A program made the position numbers and the translations under genes. The notes beneath the pieces are model-generated. The model was not told where the DNA came from. It saw only the letters and a list, made by a program, of their open reading frames with translations, and did no database searches. Below are positions 49,305 through 60,760 of a DNA stretch of 64,000 bases, in pieces (positions within the stretch are counted from its first letter, which is position 1; the number at the start of each line of letters is the position of its first letter). The DNA lies in assembly GCA_963666315.2 (NCBI GenBank), contig CAXXHG010000021.1, positions 64,001 through 128,000 on the forward strand. The letters run 5' to 3'. This stretch comes from Candidatus Binatia bacterium (GTDB lineage Bacteria; Desulfobacterota; Binatia; Bin18).

Positions 49305-51290
49305 ATGACACAACAGGTACCCACACCATCGCTGACGGAAAAGGATCAACCGCTCTGGACCCCGACGCCGGAATTAGCCCGGCAGACGCAGCTGGCCGAG
49401 TTCATGCGCCGCGTTGGCCAGCAGGACTTTCCCGACTATCACTCTCTGTGGGAATGGTCGGTTAAAAATCCGGGCGCATTCTGGTCTGCCGTCTGGGATT
49501 TTTGTGGTGTTATTGGGGAGAAGGGTGGCGTTTTGCTGCACGACGGCAGCAAAATGCCGGGAGCGCAATTTTTCCCGCAGGCCCGTCTGAACTACGCCGA
49601 AAACCTGCTCCGACGCCGTGATAGCCAGACTGCTTTGATTTTCCACCCTGAGACCGGGGCGGAGCGGAGTGTGAGTTTTGCCGAACTGTATGACCGTGTC
49701 AGCCGCTGGGCACACGCGCTGAAAGGCGCCGGGGTGCAAGAAGGCGACCGCGTTGCGGGTTATATGCCAAACATGCCGGAGACGATCATCGCCATGCTCG
49801 CAGCGTCCAGCATCGGGGCGGTCTGGTCCTCGGCCTCGCCGGATTTTGGGGTACAGGGAGTGCTAGATCGATTCGGACAGATCGAGCCGACCGTTCTTAT
49901 TGGGGTTGATGCGTATTTCTACAACGGCAAAAAGGTCGACTGCCTGTCCAAAGTCCGCGGCGTTCAGCGCCAACTGACAGGCCTGAAAAAAACGGTCATT
50001 GTCCCCTTTGTGTCGGACAGTCCCGATCTGAGAGGTCTGACAGATACTGTGAGCCAGGACGATTTCATTGCGCCGTGTGCGGCTGAGGAGATCGCCTTCA
50101 CCCGCCTGCCTTTCAATCATCCGTTGTTCATCATGTTTTCCTCCGGCACCACGGGTGCCCCAAAATGTATTGTCCACGGCCAGGGTGGGACGCTGATCCA
50201 GCATCTCAAGGAACACCGCCTGCACTGCGATATTCGTCCTGCTGACCGGGTGTTCTATTTCACGACGTGTGGCTGGATGATGTGGAACTGGCTGGTTTCG
50301 GCCCTGGCGAGTGAAGCCACGCTGCTACTATACGACGGCTCGCCCTTCTACCCCGACGGACATGTGTTGTGGGAGTTTACCGGTGCGCACCACTGCACCC
50401 TCTTTGGCACGAGTGCGAAATATATTGACGCGCTCAAGATAAACGGCCTGCGTCCCGGCGACACACATGATGTGAGTGCACTGAGAACTATCACTTCCAC
50501 CGGCTCACCGTTGGTGCATGAGAGTTTCGATTTTGTGTACGATGCGATCAAGCGCGATGTGCATTTGGCCTCGATCGCCGGCGGGACGGATCTCATATCC
50601 TGCTTTATGTTGGGCAACCCGGTCTCTCCGGTCTGGCGCGGGGAAATCCAAGAGGCTGGACTGGGCATGGCGTTGGCTGTGTTTGGCGAGGACGGGCTAC
50701 CCATCCCGGCCGGCGCAGGGGCGGGTGAGCTTGTCTGTACCCAGCCGTTCCCGAGTATGCCGGTGGGTTTCTGGAATGATCCCGACGGAAGCAAATACCA
50801 CAATGCCTATTTCGATCGCTTTGAGTCTGTGTGGTGCCATGGTGACTGGATTGAGCGTACGGTCCATAACGGGATCATCATCCACGGTCGCTCTGATGCG
50901 ACACTCAACCCGGGCGGCGTACGCATCGGCACGTCCGAAATCTACCGTCAGGTGGAGCAGGTCGAAGGCGTGGTCGAGAGCCTGGCGGTTGGACAGGACT
51001 GGAAGGCCGACGTGCGGGTGATCCTGTTCGTTACGCTGAAGGACGGCCTGGAGTTGACGCAGGCGCTGGAGAAAGACATCAAAACGCGCATCCGCTCTGG
51101 CGCTTCCCCCCGCCATGTCCCGGCCAAGATCATGCAGGTCGCGGACATCCCGCGTACCAAGAGCGGTAAAATCTCCGAACTCGCCGTCCGCGACGTGCTC
51201 CTCGGCCGACCGGTCAAGAACCTGACCTCGCTCGCCAACCCGGCGGCGCTGGAGCTGTTCAAGGATATTCAGCTCCTACAGGAAGATTGA
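49305..51290 (+). CDS. Acetoacetate--CoA ligase
   Basis: [56 protein letters not shown]. Confidence 0.93.
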   Translation: MTQQVPTPSLTEKDQPLWTPTPELARQTQLAEFMRRVGQQDFPDYHSLWEWSVKNPGAFWSAVWDFCGVIGEKGGVLLHDGSKMPGAQFFPQARLNYAENLLRRRDSQTALIFHPETGAERSVSFAELYDRVSRWAHALKGAGVQEGDRVAGYMPNMPETIIAMLAASSIGAVWSSASPDFGVQGVLDRFGQIEPTVLIGVDAYFYNGKKVDCLSKVRGVQRQLTGLKKTVIVPFVSDSPDLRGLTDTVSQDDFIAPCAAEEIAFTRLPFNHPLFIMFSSGTTGAPKCIVHGQGGTLIQHLKEHRLHCDIRPADRVFYFTTCGWMMWNWLVSALASEATLLLYDGSPFYPDGHVLWEFTGAHHCTLFGTSAKYIDALKINGLRPGDTHDVSALRTITSTGSPLVHESFDFVYDAIKRDVHLASIAGGTDLISCFMLGNPVSPVWRGEIQEAGLGMALAVFGEDGLPIPAGAGAGELVCTQPFPSMPVGFWNDPDGSKYHNAYFDRFESVWCHGDWIERTVHNGIIIHGRSDATLNPGGVRIGTSEIYRQVEQVEGVVESLAVGQDWKADVRVILFVTLKDGLELTQALEKDIKTRIRSGASPRHVPAKIMQVADIPRTKSGKISELAVRDVLLGRPVKNLTSLANPAALELFKDIQLLQED

Positions 51291-51314
51291 TCCGAGTAGT
51301 CGTATGAGGGCAGT

Positions 51315-51410
51315 ATGGACACCCCTACGATTGTCACCGATGGGCTGTCGGAGTCGGATATGTACAAGCACGTGGTTGGGAATGCTGCGCAGCTGTATGA
51401 ACTCAACTAA
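51315..51410 (+). pseudogene. C-terminal remnant of an amidohydrolase_2 gene
   Basis: DGLSESDMYKHVVGNAAQLYELN* resembles the family C-terminus (compare IVFENANRLYNV at 21299). Confidence 0.4.
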
Positions 51411-51425
51411 CCTAGACTTTCTAAC

Positions 51426-51456
51426 CGCCCTGCTTCGTTGCAGGGCGGGCCTTTTC
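51426..51456 (+). terminator. Probable terminator hairpin
   Basis: cgccctgc-ttcgtt-gcagggcg followed by ggcctttt. Confidence 0.55.
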
Positions 51457-51497
51457 TGCTGAGTAGGAAGTGAGAGAGCGGCGGTGTAATGCGCGCT

Positions 51498-51884
51498 TTA
51501 CTTCAGACCTTCCCCACTGGGGTCGTCGATGATGAGGAGCCATGTCCCGTCGGGTTGCTTGCGGACGACCTCGACGCTATGGAGCGGCGTCGTGACCGGC
51601 TTCCCATCCGGGCCTGGACTGGTACTGCTGCCTTTCACCCGCGTGACCGCAACAGACCCATCAGCACTTGGGATCGCCGTGACCGCCTCGACGTTAAACG
51701 TTGCCTTGGCGGCGATATAGCCCTGCATCACCTCGCGGATCGCAGCCTGGCCGGTGACCACCTGGTCGGCCGACACCACAAACGTGGCATTCGGCTCGTA
51801 TAGGGCTACCGCCGCGTCGAGGTCTTCCTTTCCCAGCGCTTCGAGCAAAAGCAGATCACACTCTTCGGGTTTCTGTGCTGGCAT
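51498..51884 (-). CDS. SnoaL-like / DUF4440 (YybH-type) protein
   Basis: DLDAAVALYEPNA, EVVRKQPDGTWLLIIDDP. Confidence 0.88.
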   Translation of the reverse strand: MPAQKPEECDLLLLEALGKEDLDAAVALYEPNATFVVSADQVVTGQAAIREVMQGYIAAKATFNVEAVTAIPSADGSVAVTRVKGSSTSPGPDGKPVTTPLHSVEVVRKQPDGTWLLIIDDPSGEGLK

Positions 51885-52111
51885 ATCTGTCCCCTCCTTG
51901 GTTTCGAGTCAATATCGCATCCTGTTCACACAACGCAGTTCCTGCGTCTCCTCACCTCATCGCCATCCGTACTCCGCAACCCTGCGGTAGTCAAGTGAAA
52001 GAACGGGGCGAGACTAGCACGACCAGGAGAGCACTTGGCGAGCACTCCCTGGAACTTGATACGTTCACTTCACTAGTGGTAGGACGTTGAGCAAAAGGAG
52101 GTCGTGAACCT

Positions 52112-52930
52112 ATGATGGACTACAGCGAGTACGAGTATCTGAAGATCGAGGTCGCCGAACGGGTGGCCACAGTGACCATCAACCGGCCCGACCAGCTGAA
52201 TGCCGTTCACGCAGCGCTGCACCACGAGTTCGAGCAAATCTGGCTGGACCTGGCGCAGGATCGCGACGTCAACGCAATCTTGCTGACAGGTGCAGGCAAA
52301 GCGTTTTCTGTGGGCGGCGACCTGACCAGCCGCGAAAAGCCGACCAAGAGCAAGGGCCGCGGCGGGCGACGGATCGTGATGGCCGATGGCCGCCGGGTGA
52401 TCGAGAACCTGCTCGATGTCGAACAACCGATCGTCGCAGCGATGAATGGTGACGCGCTCGGGTTCGCGGCCAACGTCGCCTTGCTGTGTGATGTGACCGT
52501 GGTGGCTGAAACCGCGAAGCTGGCCGATACCCATGTCTCCATAGGTGCTGTTGCTGGGGACGGCGGGGCCGTGATCTGGCCGCTGCTGATCGGTCCTAAC
52601 CGGGCAAAAGAATTACTGATGCTGGGCGATTCCCTCACGGGCGCGGAGGCGGCCCAAATCGGCCTCGTCAACCATGCTGTGCCCCAGGAGGAGGTGCTGC
52701 CGAAGGCGCGCGAACTCGTGCAGCGGTTGGCGGATGGGCCGACGTGGGCGATCCGGTGGAGCAAGCTGGCGGTGAACAAGTGGCTGAAACAGCAGGCCAA
52801 CTTGATCATGGATGCCGGCCTGGCCTACGAAGCGCTGACGCTCACGACGCAGGATCATAAAGAGGCGCTGAAGGCGCTGCGTGAGGAGCGCGAGCCGAAC
52901 TTCATCCGCGGTCGTTCTGCCCCATCTTAG
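52112..52930 (+). CDS. Enoyl-CoA hydratase/isomerase (paralog of 34486)
   Basis: INRPDQLNA, AFSVGGD, DTHV.IGAVAGDGG. Confidence 0.92.
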   Translation: MMDYSEYEYLKIEVAERVATVTINRPDQLNAVHAALHHEFEQIWLDLAQDRDVNAILLTGAGKAFSVGGDLTSREKPTKSKGRGGRRIVMADGRRVIENLLDVEQPIVAAMNGDALGFAANVALLCDVTVVAETAKLADTHVSIGAVAGDGGAVIWPLLIGPNRAKELLMLGDSLTGAEAAQIGLVNHAVPQEEVLPKARELVQRLADGPTWAIRWSKLAVNKWLKQQANLIMDAGLAYEALTLTTQDHKEALKALREEREPNFIRGRSAPS

Positions 52931-53450
52931 AACGCGTCTCATTCGACGGTGTCCCACTACTGTCCACCGCCTTCACCCGAAACTCATCCGTATTCGTCGC
53001 GCTCCCATCATGTGTGTACTTAAGCGTCGACGTCGTCGAATTGACCGGCGTGATGAGGGTCGTCCCATTGCTCGGTGGCGCCACCACCACAAACCCAATC
53101 GGGTCCGTGCCTGGCGGCGTATTGTCCTCATCACTGGCCACCAGCGTGACCGTCACCATATCCCCCCGGGCCACGTTGACACTTTGATCGGACGGCGCGA
53201 CCGGACTCGCCGTCGGCGGCGCCGGCGTCCCATGCGGCGGTAGCGGAATGGTGAACACCAGGTTCTCCGCAGTCATATCCCCTGTATTATTGATCGTCAC
53301 CGTGTAACGGAGCGTATCCCCCTCACTCACTACCCCATCGCCATCCGCGTCGATGAACAGCGTCACCACCGGGTTCGGCGCCGCCCACACGCCCACACTG
53401 AACAGCAGCAGGGGCAACAGTAGCAGACGGGGAAACGTGCTTAGGGACAT
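52927..53450 (-). pseudogene. N-terminal fragment of a large secreted DUF11/Ig-like repeat protein
   Basis: Signal peptide, DADGDGVVSEGDTLRYTVTINNTG (DUF11-like), PVAPSDQSVNV...PSNG (Big_9-like); ends against the convergent crotonase. Confidence 0.6.
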
Positions 53451-53454
53451 GTCT

Positions 53455-54510
<1,056 letters not shown>

Positions 54511-54557
54511 TGACAATCGGTGTTTTCACCCAGGGACGTTCCTCTGCTCACTTGCGC

Positions 54558-54716
54558 CCGGCGATAAAGTTGCCGGGCTACAAGATAGCGCCCCATCAAT
54601 GGGGCTAGCCGGCTTGAGCCGGCGTCGTTATGTAGCCCGGACACTTCATGTCCGGGCGGAGATGGGTTCATTTTAGAAAGTAGGTTCCTGTACCAATCTC
54701 TTGCATTTCGATTTAG
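54558..54716. repeat. MITE/REP-like composite element, copy 2
   Basis: Similar to 11942-12077, with an extra hairpin gcccggaca-cttca-tgtccgggc. Confidence 0.8.
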
Positions 54717-54754
54717 TCGCGCTTGATCTTCGGGCTGTTCTTTCCGCTATTGCC

Positions 54755-57136
54755 CTACGCAAATAATCCATCCCCAATCGCAGCGGCCACTTCCGTTTCG
54801 GACATGCCTAACAGCTCGGCATAGACCTCAAAATTGTGCTCACCAAAAAAAGGAGCGGGACGGTACGGCTCCAGCGGCGTATGGCTGAAGAGCGCGGGAA
54901 AACGATCAATCTGGTGGCGGTTGAGCAGAGGGTGTTCTAATTCGGTGAGCCACTGACGTGCCGCGAGTTGCTCGTCGCTCTCGGCCAAGTCTTGGGCGGT
55001 CTGGACTTTCCCCGCCGAGACGCCGGCTGTTTGGAGCTGTTGCATGGCGTGCTGCGCATTCTGACCGGCCGCCCAGACTCGCAGTTTTTCATCAACAACT
55101 GTTCGGTGTTGCCGTCGGCCTGCGACCGTCGTCAGGCGGCCGTTGGTCGCAAGCTGGGGGGTGCCTATGGCATTGCACAGGCGACGCCACTCTTCATCGT
55201 TGTGGACAGTAATGGCGAGCCATTCGTTATTGAGACAGGCATAGACATCATTGGGAACGAGGTCGACAAAGGCGTCCTGATTCCCCTGCGGCTGCGCCTC
55301 ACGACCGTTACTCAGAAAATCCATAAAAGCAGCACCCAGGGCATACGCACCGACCTCCAGTTGGGACAGATCAATGCGCTGACCTGTTCCGATTCGTTGG
55401 CGTGCTTCCAACGCTTCCAGAACTGCCAGCGCGCCGGCGAGCCCGCTGAGGTGGTCCGTCAGGGCCAGGCCGGTGCCGATGTCTTTACGCCCGGGTGGAT
55501 TGGTCAGATACGTGAGGCCACACAGGGCGTGGATGGTCGGGGCAAAGGTGACGAAGTCGCGCCACGGTCCGTCCTGTCCAGCTCCGGCCATGCTGAGATA
55601 GATGATCTGATCATTCCAGGTGTTGGCCGCTTCATATCCGATTCCCCAACGGTCGAGAACACCGGCGCTAAAGTTTTCAATAACAACATCCGCCCGTTCG
55701 ACCAGACGGCGAAAGATATCGAGTGCTTGTGGATGTTTCATATCCAGGTTGATGCTGCGCTTGCCGCGATTCCACATTACGAAATACGGGTTGCCGTTGC
55801 TGTTTGCGCCCTGTGAGCGCTGCTCGGTCTGGACCTTAATGACGTCTGCACCTAGATCAGCCAGAACACGTGTGGCATACGGGCCGGCCAAGACCCAACT
55901 AAAGTCGAGCACGCGTATGCCTGCGAGAGGTTTTTGATAAGTTGGAGAAGTTTTGGCAGCTCTAGCAGTTTGGGATTGACTCGCTCCGGCGTCCTTACGC
56001 GCCCAGCGCTGAAGGATCGTACTGACGGAGTCTGCGGCTGCCGGCGGCTGTGGCGCTGGGGCTGGAGTCTTGGACGGACGAAACAATGGTCCCGGAACCT
56101 GTACGTGCGAGCCGCTCCAGTCAACACTGCGAAAGAATCCGCGGGCTTGGAGCTGTGGACTGAGTGAGGCTTCGGTAATCGTCTGGACCTCGCCAAAAGG
56201 GAGATGGCGTTCTTGGGCAGTCAGAAAAAATTCGTGGGCGTCTTTTGTCGCTGCCCAGGCGCGTAACAGCTTCATGATGTGTGGGATCTTGGGCAGGAAT
56301 TTGACCAGGTCGGAGAAGTCTATCTCTCTGAGGTCTCCGACCATCCCGTCGGCTTCCATCCAGTCGAGCAGGGCCATGGTGTTGATCGCTGGAGTGATCA
56401 TGGCGTGGCCAGAGGCACAGGCTGCGACCTCAAACGCCCCGCTCCAGTGTACGGACCCTTGTCGTCCCCCGAACGGAATAGGCAGGAGGTTTTGAAAAAA
56501 CCAGAACATCAGTACGTGTTCGGTACAGCTGATGACCGACTGATGCAAAGACAGATCGATGTGTTGACCTTGTCCCGTCTGCCGCGCCGCGTACACCCCG
56601 GCCAAGCCACAGAGAGCGGCATAAAATCCGCCGATATTAAAAGACTGCCGCCCCCACGTGTTGAGCGGCGCATCAGGAGTACCATTGACCGACAGCATGC
56701 CTCCCAGGGCTGAGGCAACCAGATCGCTGGTCTGCCAGTTCGCGCGCGGGCCTTGCCGACCAAAAGGGGTGAGCGATACCTGAACGAGACGTGGATTAAG
56801 GGCGTGCAGATCTGGAAAATCGAGACCGAGTTGCGCCAACCGTCCGGGTGGCTCAGTTTCAATAAAGAGGTCTGCGTGCGCGGCGAGGTGTCGCAATTGG
56901 CTTTGGCCGGCCGTTGTACCAAGGTCGATTTCGAGGCGCTGTTTCCCGCCGTCATACCACCAGTCGAGCAGCCCGCCACGCTCCGCGGCGGCTCCTTTCA
57001 TTGTTGCCCCCGGTGATCCACGACCTACCTGGACCACATCAGCGCCGGCCTCAACCGGAAGCTTAGAGGCAAAACGTCCAGTGTCATCTGTCAGGTCGAT
57101 CACCCGTAGATCTTGTAACGCCGCGCCGTTAGCCAT
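54755..57136 (-). CDS. Double-domain CaiB/BaiF CoA-transferase
   Basis: Two tandem family III domains; the second has AGPYATRVLADLGADVIKV, NRGKRS, ENFSAG, LTDHL. Confidence 0.9.
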   Translation of the reverse strand: MANGAALQDLRVIDLTDDTGRFASKLPVEAGADVVQVGRGSPGATMKGAAAERGGLLDWWYDGGKQRLEIDLGTTAGQSQLRHLAAHADLFIETEPPGRLAQLGLDFPDLHALNPRLVQVSLTPFGRQGPRANWQTSDLVASALGGMLSVNGTPDAPLNTWGRQSFNIGGFYAALCGLAGVYAARQTGQGQHIDLSLHQSVISCTEHVLMFWFFQNLLPIPFGGRQGSVHWSGAFEVAACASGHAMITPAINTMALLDWMEADGMVGDLREIDFSDLVKFLPKIPHIMKLLRAWAATKDAHEFFLTAQERHLPFGEVQTITEASLSPQLQARGFFRSVDWSGSHVQVPGPLFRPSKTPAPAPQPPAAADSVSTILQRWARKDAGASQSQTARAAKTSPTYQKPLAGIRVLDFSWVLAGPYATRVLADLGADVIKVQTEQRSQGANSNGNPYFVMWNRGKRSINLDMKHPQALDIFRRLVERADVVIENFSAGVLDRWGIGYEAANTWNDQIIYLSMAGAGQDGPWRDFVTFAPTIHALCGLTYLTNPPGRKDIGTGLALTDHLSGLAGALAVLEALEARQRIGTGQRIDLSQLEVGAYALGAAFMDFLSNGREAQPQGNQDAFVDLVPNDVYACLNNEWLAITVHNDEEWRRLCNAIGTPQLATNGRLTTVAGRRQHRTVVDEKLRVWAAGQNAQHAMQQLQTAGVSAGKVQTAQDLAESDEQLAARQWLTELEHPLLNRHQIDRFPALFSHTPLEPYRPAPFFGEHNFEVYAELLGMSETEVAAAIGDGLFA

Positions 57137-57504
57137 GGTGGGTCTCCTCCCAGTTCCGACGTTGGGATGCAATCAGAACAACCACAAGGTAAAAGGGGCA
57201 GCGGGGCAGCGTCAAGACACAGCCAGACAGCACCCCAAAGGCATCGGCCAAGCTTTCGGGATAGAGTTACGGGTGAAAGTTCCCGAGGAGGTCCTGACGA
57301 TTACGGAGTGCCCTCAGCTACGTAACAGAAAACAGGGCGGGGGTGGACGCCTAATGCCGCAGCGATTTCTGGAGCACTGAGTCCGTGTTTGCCTATCGGC
57401 ATTGTCTTTTACCTATCACTCTGAGACTCCTTGGCGGAGTGGCCCTCCGACCAGAGGTCAGCGGCTGGGACGGTTTCCTGATAAGTGCGAGACATGCCAT
57501 ACCT

Positions 57505-58548
57505 TCACTCTGTAGCCAAAGCCTCGATGGTATATCGGATGCCGTCTCGTGCAGCGGCATCCGGTAAATAATTTGTGAAAGTCGGATGAATCGGGTAGAC
57601 AATGGGCAACGTCACTCCGGCGGCTCGGTACTGGGCGATCTTGTGGTGACATTGCTCAGCTGAGCCATAGACGGCAAACGCGTCGACCATCTCATCATCA
57701 ACGAGTGCGGCTGCGCCATCCATATCGCCGCGCGCAGCGCGCGTGCGCATTTGAGCGACTGTCTCCTCATACCCTCGTCTCTCGAAGTAGCGGGCATACA
57801 GGACATAGGCGGTGACGTGAATGGCCGTAACATATTGCATGGCGCGTTTTGCCATCTTTTGATCCGTGCTCACGCAACACGGGAGATAAAACCCAATATC
57901 AATGGAAGCAGGATCACGGCCCGCGCGTTTTGCGCCACGTCGGACAGCGGCGAGGACATCTGGAACCATATCGAGTGGGACAAAGATGGGGAGCACGCCG
58001 TCTGCAATCTCACCTGCCAGGTCCAGCGTCTTTTCTGACAGCGCTCCGAAATAAAAGGGAATGGTATCGCGATATGGATGGAGCAACGGCTCGTAGTTAG
58101 TGATTTGGAAAATCTTGCCTGCGTAATTTACGAGCTTTCCTTCTGCGGCACCGTGCAGAATGGCACGAACGACCTCAGTTGTTTCACGCAGCCGGCGTAG
58201 CGGTCGGTCAAAGGGGAAGGGACGACCTGGTTCCGGATTATCCCGAGCCTGATGAATCTCGGGATGTCCAATCCCTAAGCCTAATCGGAATCGGCCTTCT
58301 GAGATGGTATCAACAGTAGCTGCCGCTGTAGCAATAGTTGTGGGGTTGCGGGTAAAGACAGTAGCCACGCCTGTGGCCAGAATAATGTTGGTAGTCTCAC
58401 GCGCACAGGCAGACAGTACGCTAAAGGCATCGGCGAAGCTTTCGATTAAGTAGGCAGACTCATAGCCTTTTTCGTCTGCAAGGCTGACGCAGTCAATCAA
58501 CTCATTGACCGACATCCCGCCCCAAAAGCCAGCGCCAATGCGCTCCAT
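57505..58548 (-). CDS. LLM-class (Mer-like, F420-type) oxidoreductase
   Basis: LATGVATVFTRNP, ISEGRFRLGLG, LAGEIADG. Confidence 0.88.
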   Translation of the reverse strand: MERIGAGFWGGMSVNELIDCVSLADEKGYESAYLIESFADAFSVLSACARETTNIILATGVATVFTRNPTTIATAAATVDTISEGRFRLGLGIGHPEIHQARDNPEPGRPFPFDRPLRRLRETTEVVRAILHGAAEGKLVNYAGKIFQITNYEPLLHPYRDTIPFYFGALSEKTLDLAGEIADGVLPIFVPLDMVPDVLAAVRRGAKRAGRDPASIDIGFYLPCCVSTDQKMAKRAMQYVTAIHVTAYVLYARYFERRGYEETVAQMRTRAARGDMDGAAALVDDEMVDAFAVYGSAEQCHHKIAQYRAAGVTLPIVYPIHPTFTNYLPDAAARDGIRYTIEALATE

Positions 58549-58618
58549 GTGTGTCTTTCTCGTTATGCTGCTATTAGCGCCCTACGGCGACTGTGGAGTA
58601 AGTAAGCGAACGGCGTAT

Positions 58619-58992
58619 TTATCCTAAACGTGCTGTCTCAGCGGCGACGTGTCCTGCAAGGGTTGTCACAAATGTTTTGAGGTCGGTCATCGCCGAGAGC
58701 CCTATAAAGTTGCCCGTTTCTACTGAACTTCGGGAGGACGTAATGACTGAGGCTGCCGTATAAAGTTGCTCTTTGACTAGCTTCTGGCACAGCACGTCGT
58801 ACCGCTTCTGATATGACGCGTCTTTGAACTCATCGAATACCGGGAAGTGAGGTGCCTTATCTTTGCCCGGTGCCCGGGACTTGGGGACATCCTCAACGAG
58901 AATCAGCTAGCCAACGAAGGGGCGCGGTTGCGCGCCGAAAGCGCCTTCCTGATACGCTGTCCAGAAATCATGACCGGTGCCCACAGCTTCGA
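58619..58992 (-). pseudogene. 3' half of a PaeR7I/XhoI-family type II restriction endonuclease
   Basis: [33 protein letters not shown]...[31 protein letters not shown]...[13 protein letters not shown]; TAG at 58907-58909; not in the ORF track. Confidence 0.8.
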
Positions 58993-59114
58993 AACGGATC
59001 AATCACACCTGATATTAAACAAATAGTTTATTATTGGTCAAGTAGACACTCTTGCTTGACAAACTTTCCCGTCCGGCAGGATAATTCAGGACCAGCCAAA
59101 AGGGAGGGAATAGC

Positions 59115-60557
59115 ATGACCAACGATCTTGCAAAAATGGACGCAACGGCTCAGGCGGAACTGGTTCGCACAGGAGAGGCAAGTCCGCGTGAATTAGTCGA
59201 TGCCGCAATCGAGCGGGTGGAAAAGCTTAATCCCCAACTCAACGCCGTCATTCGTCCGCGGTATGAAAAAGCGCGTGCCGAAGCGGACTCTCCGCATTTA
59301 CCAGACGGTCCGTTGAAAGGCGTTCCCTTTCTGCTCAAAGATCTTTTCTGTGTGTATGCAGGGGATGAAACCCATAGCGGGTGCAAGGCGCTTAAAGAAG
59401 CGCATTACACAGCCAAGGTTGATACCTATCTGGCTGTGAAGTTTCGTGAGGCCGGGCTGATTACTATTGGCCAAACCAACACGCCGGAATTTGGCCTGGC
59501 GACAACGACCGAACCCGAAGCCTATGGTCCGACGTGTAATCCCTGGCATACCAATCATTCGACGGGTGGATCGAGTGGTGGCAGTGCCGCAGCGGTTGCG
59601 GCGCGTATGGTGCCGGTGGCACATGCCAATGACGGGGGCGGTTCCATTCGGATTCCAGCCAGTGAGTGTGGCTTGGTCGGACTGAAACCTAGCCGCGGTC
59701 GTTTGTCGCTGGGACCGAACTATGGTGAAGGCTGGGCCGGATGTATTGCCGAGGGCGTGGTGTCTCTGTCTGTTCGAGATTCGGCAACGATACTCGATGC
59801 GACCGCAGGCAGTATGCCCGGCGATCCCTATACCGCGCCTGCCTGTGAAGGCTCGTTTTCCGATGCCGCTCGCCGTGATCCAGGCAAGCTGAGAATCGGG
59901 CTGATGACCAAGCGTCCGGGCAATCAAGATCCGCTCCATCCGGAATGTGTGACCGCCGCGGAAAACACGGGGAAGTTGCTCGCATCCTTAGGCCACCATG
60001 TGGACATAGCCTATCCAGAAGCGCTGGACGAAAAGTGGGGTGCCGCCTTCAGCACTGTCGTGCTGGCGCACTCTGCGCGCACGGCAGAGGACGTTGCCGA
60101 CGCTGTAGGTCGCGAAGTCGGACCAGACGATTTCGAACGCTACACCTGGCATCTCATGAATCGCGGTCGTGCGATCAAAGTAACCGAGTACATTGCGTGT
60201 TTGGAATGGCTTGAACGCTGGGAACGGCGTATGGCCGCGTGGTGGGCGAACGGATTTGACCTGCTCCTCACTTCGACTCTTGGTGCGCCTCCTCCGCTCT
60301 TAGGTCAGTTGTGCAGCGCGGCCGCTGATCCGGACGAGGTCTATCGACGGGTGCTTGATTTGGTGCCTTACACTCCAGCGGGGAATGTGACCGGCCAGCC
60401 GGGTATCTCGCTGCCTCTACACTGGAGCGACGAAGGCCTGCCAGTTGGCGTGCACCTCATGTCCGCGTATGGACGCGAAGACGTGTTGCTGGGTGTGGCG
60501 GCCGAGCTTGAACAGGCACAGCCTTGGATCGGTAAGGTCCCGGCGGTGTGTGCCTAG
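59115..60557 (+). CDS. Amidase signature amidase (NylA-like subgroup)
   Basis: [34 protein letters not shown]. Confidence 0.92.
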   Translation: MTNDLAKMDATAQAELVRTGEASPRELVDAAIERVEKLNPQLNAVIRPRYEKARAEADSPHLPDGPLKGVPFLLKDLFCVYAGDETHSGCKALKEAHYTAKVDTYLAVKFREAGLITIGQTNTPEFGLATTTEPEAYGPTCNPWHTNHSTGGSSGGSAAAVAARMVPVAHANDGGGSIRIPASECGLVGLKPSRGRLSLGPNYGEGWAGCIAEGVVSLSVRDSATILDATAGSMPGDPYTAPACEGSFSDAARRDPGKLRIGLMTKRPGNQDPLHPECVTAAENTGKLLASLGHHVDIAYPEALDEKWGAAFSTVVLAHSARTAEDVADAVGREVGPDDFERYTWHLMNRGRAIKVTEYIACLEWLERWERRMAAWWANGFDLLLTSTLGAPPPLLGQLCSAAADPDEVYRRVLDLVPYTPAGNVTGQPGISLPLHWSDEGLPVGVHLMSAYGREDVLLGVAAELEQAQPWIGKVPAVCA

Positions 60558-60604
60558 TGCCGCGTCTACCTTAAAACTGTGCGTTGTCTTGTCGCCGTTC
60601 TCCC

Positions 60605-60682
60605 CTTCGACAAGCTCAGTGCGACCGGGAAGAGGCAATGTAGAACGGAACCGTTCGTGCTGAGCCTGTCGAAGCATGAACG
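60605..60682. repeat. Inverted repeat cttcgacaagctcag...ctgagcctgtcgaag
   Basis: Intergenic between convergent genes; related to 21795. Confidence 0.55.
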
Positions 60683-60760
60683 TGCGGGGACGCACTATTT
60701 TAGGCTAGATGCGCTACCAGCCTCTTCACGAAGATTGACTCTCGGTGGTTCTAGAGGATT

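Noticed and set aside
57255-57350. Riboswitch or group II intron fragment suggested by gggtgaaagttcccga
   Set aside because: Only a short motif; the other conserved elements of FMN or cobalamin riboswitches and introns were not found
58703-58769. Direct repeat tataaagttgc as a regulatory site
   Set aside because: Both copies lie inside the restriction-enzyme relic coding frame; probably coincidental
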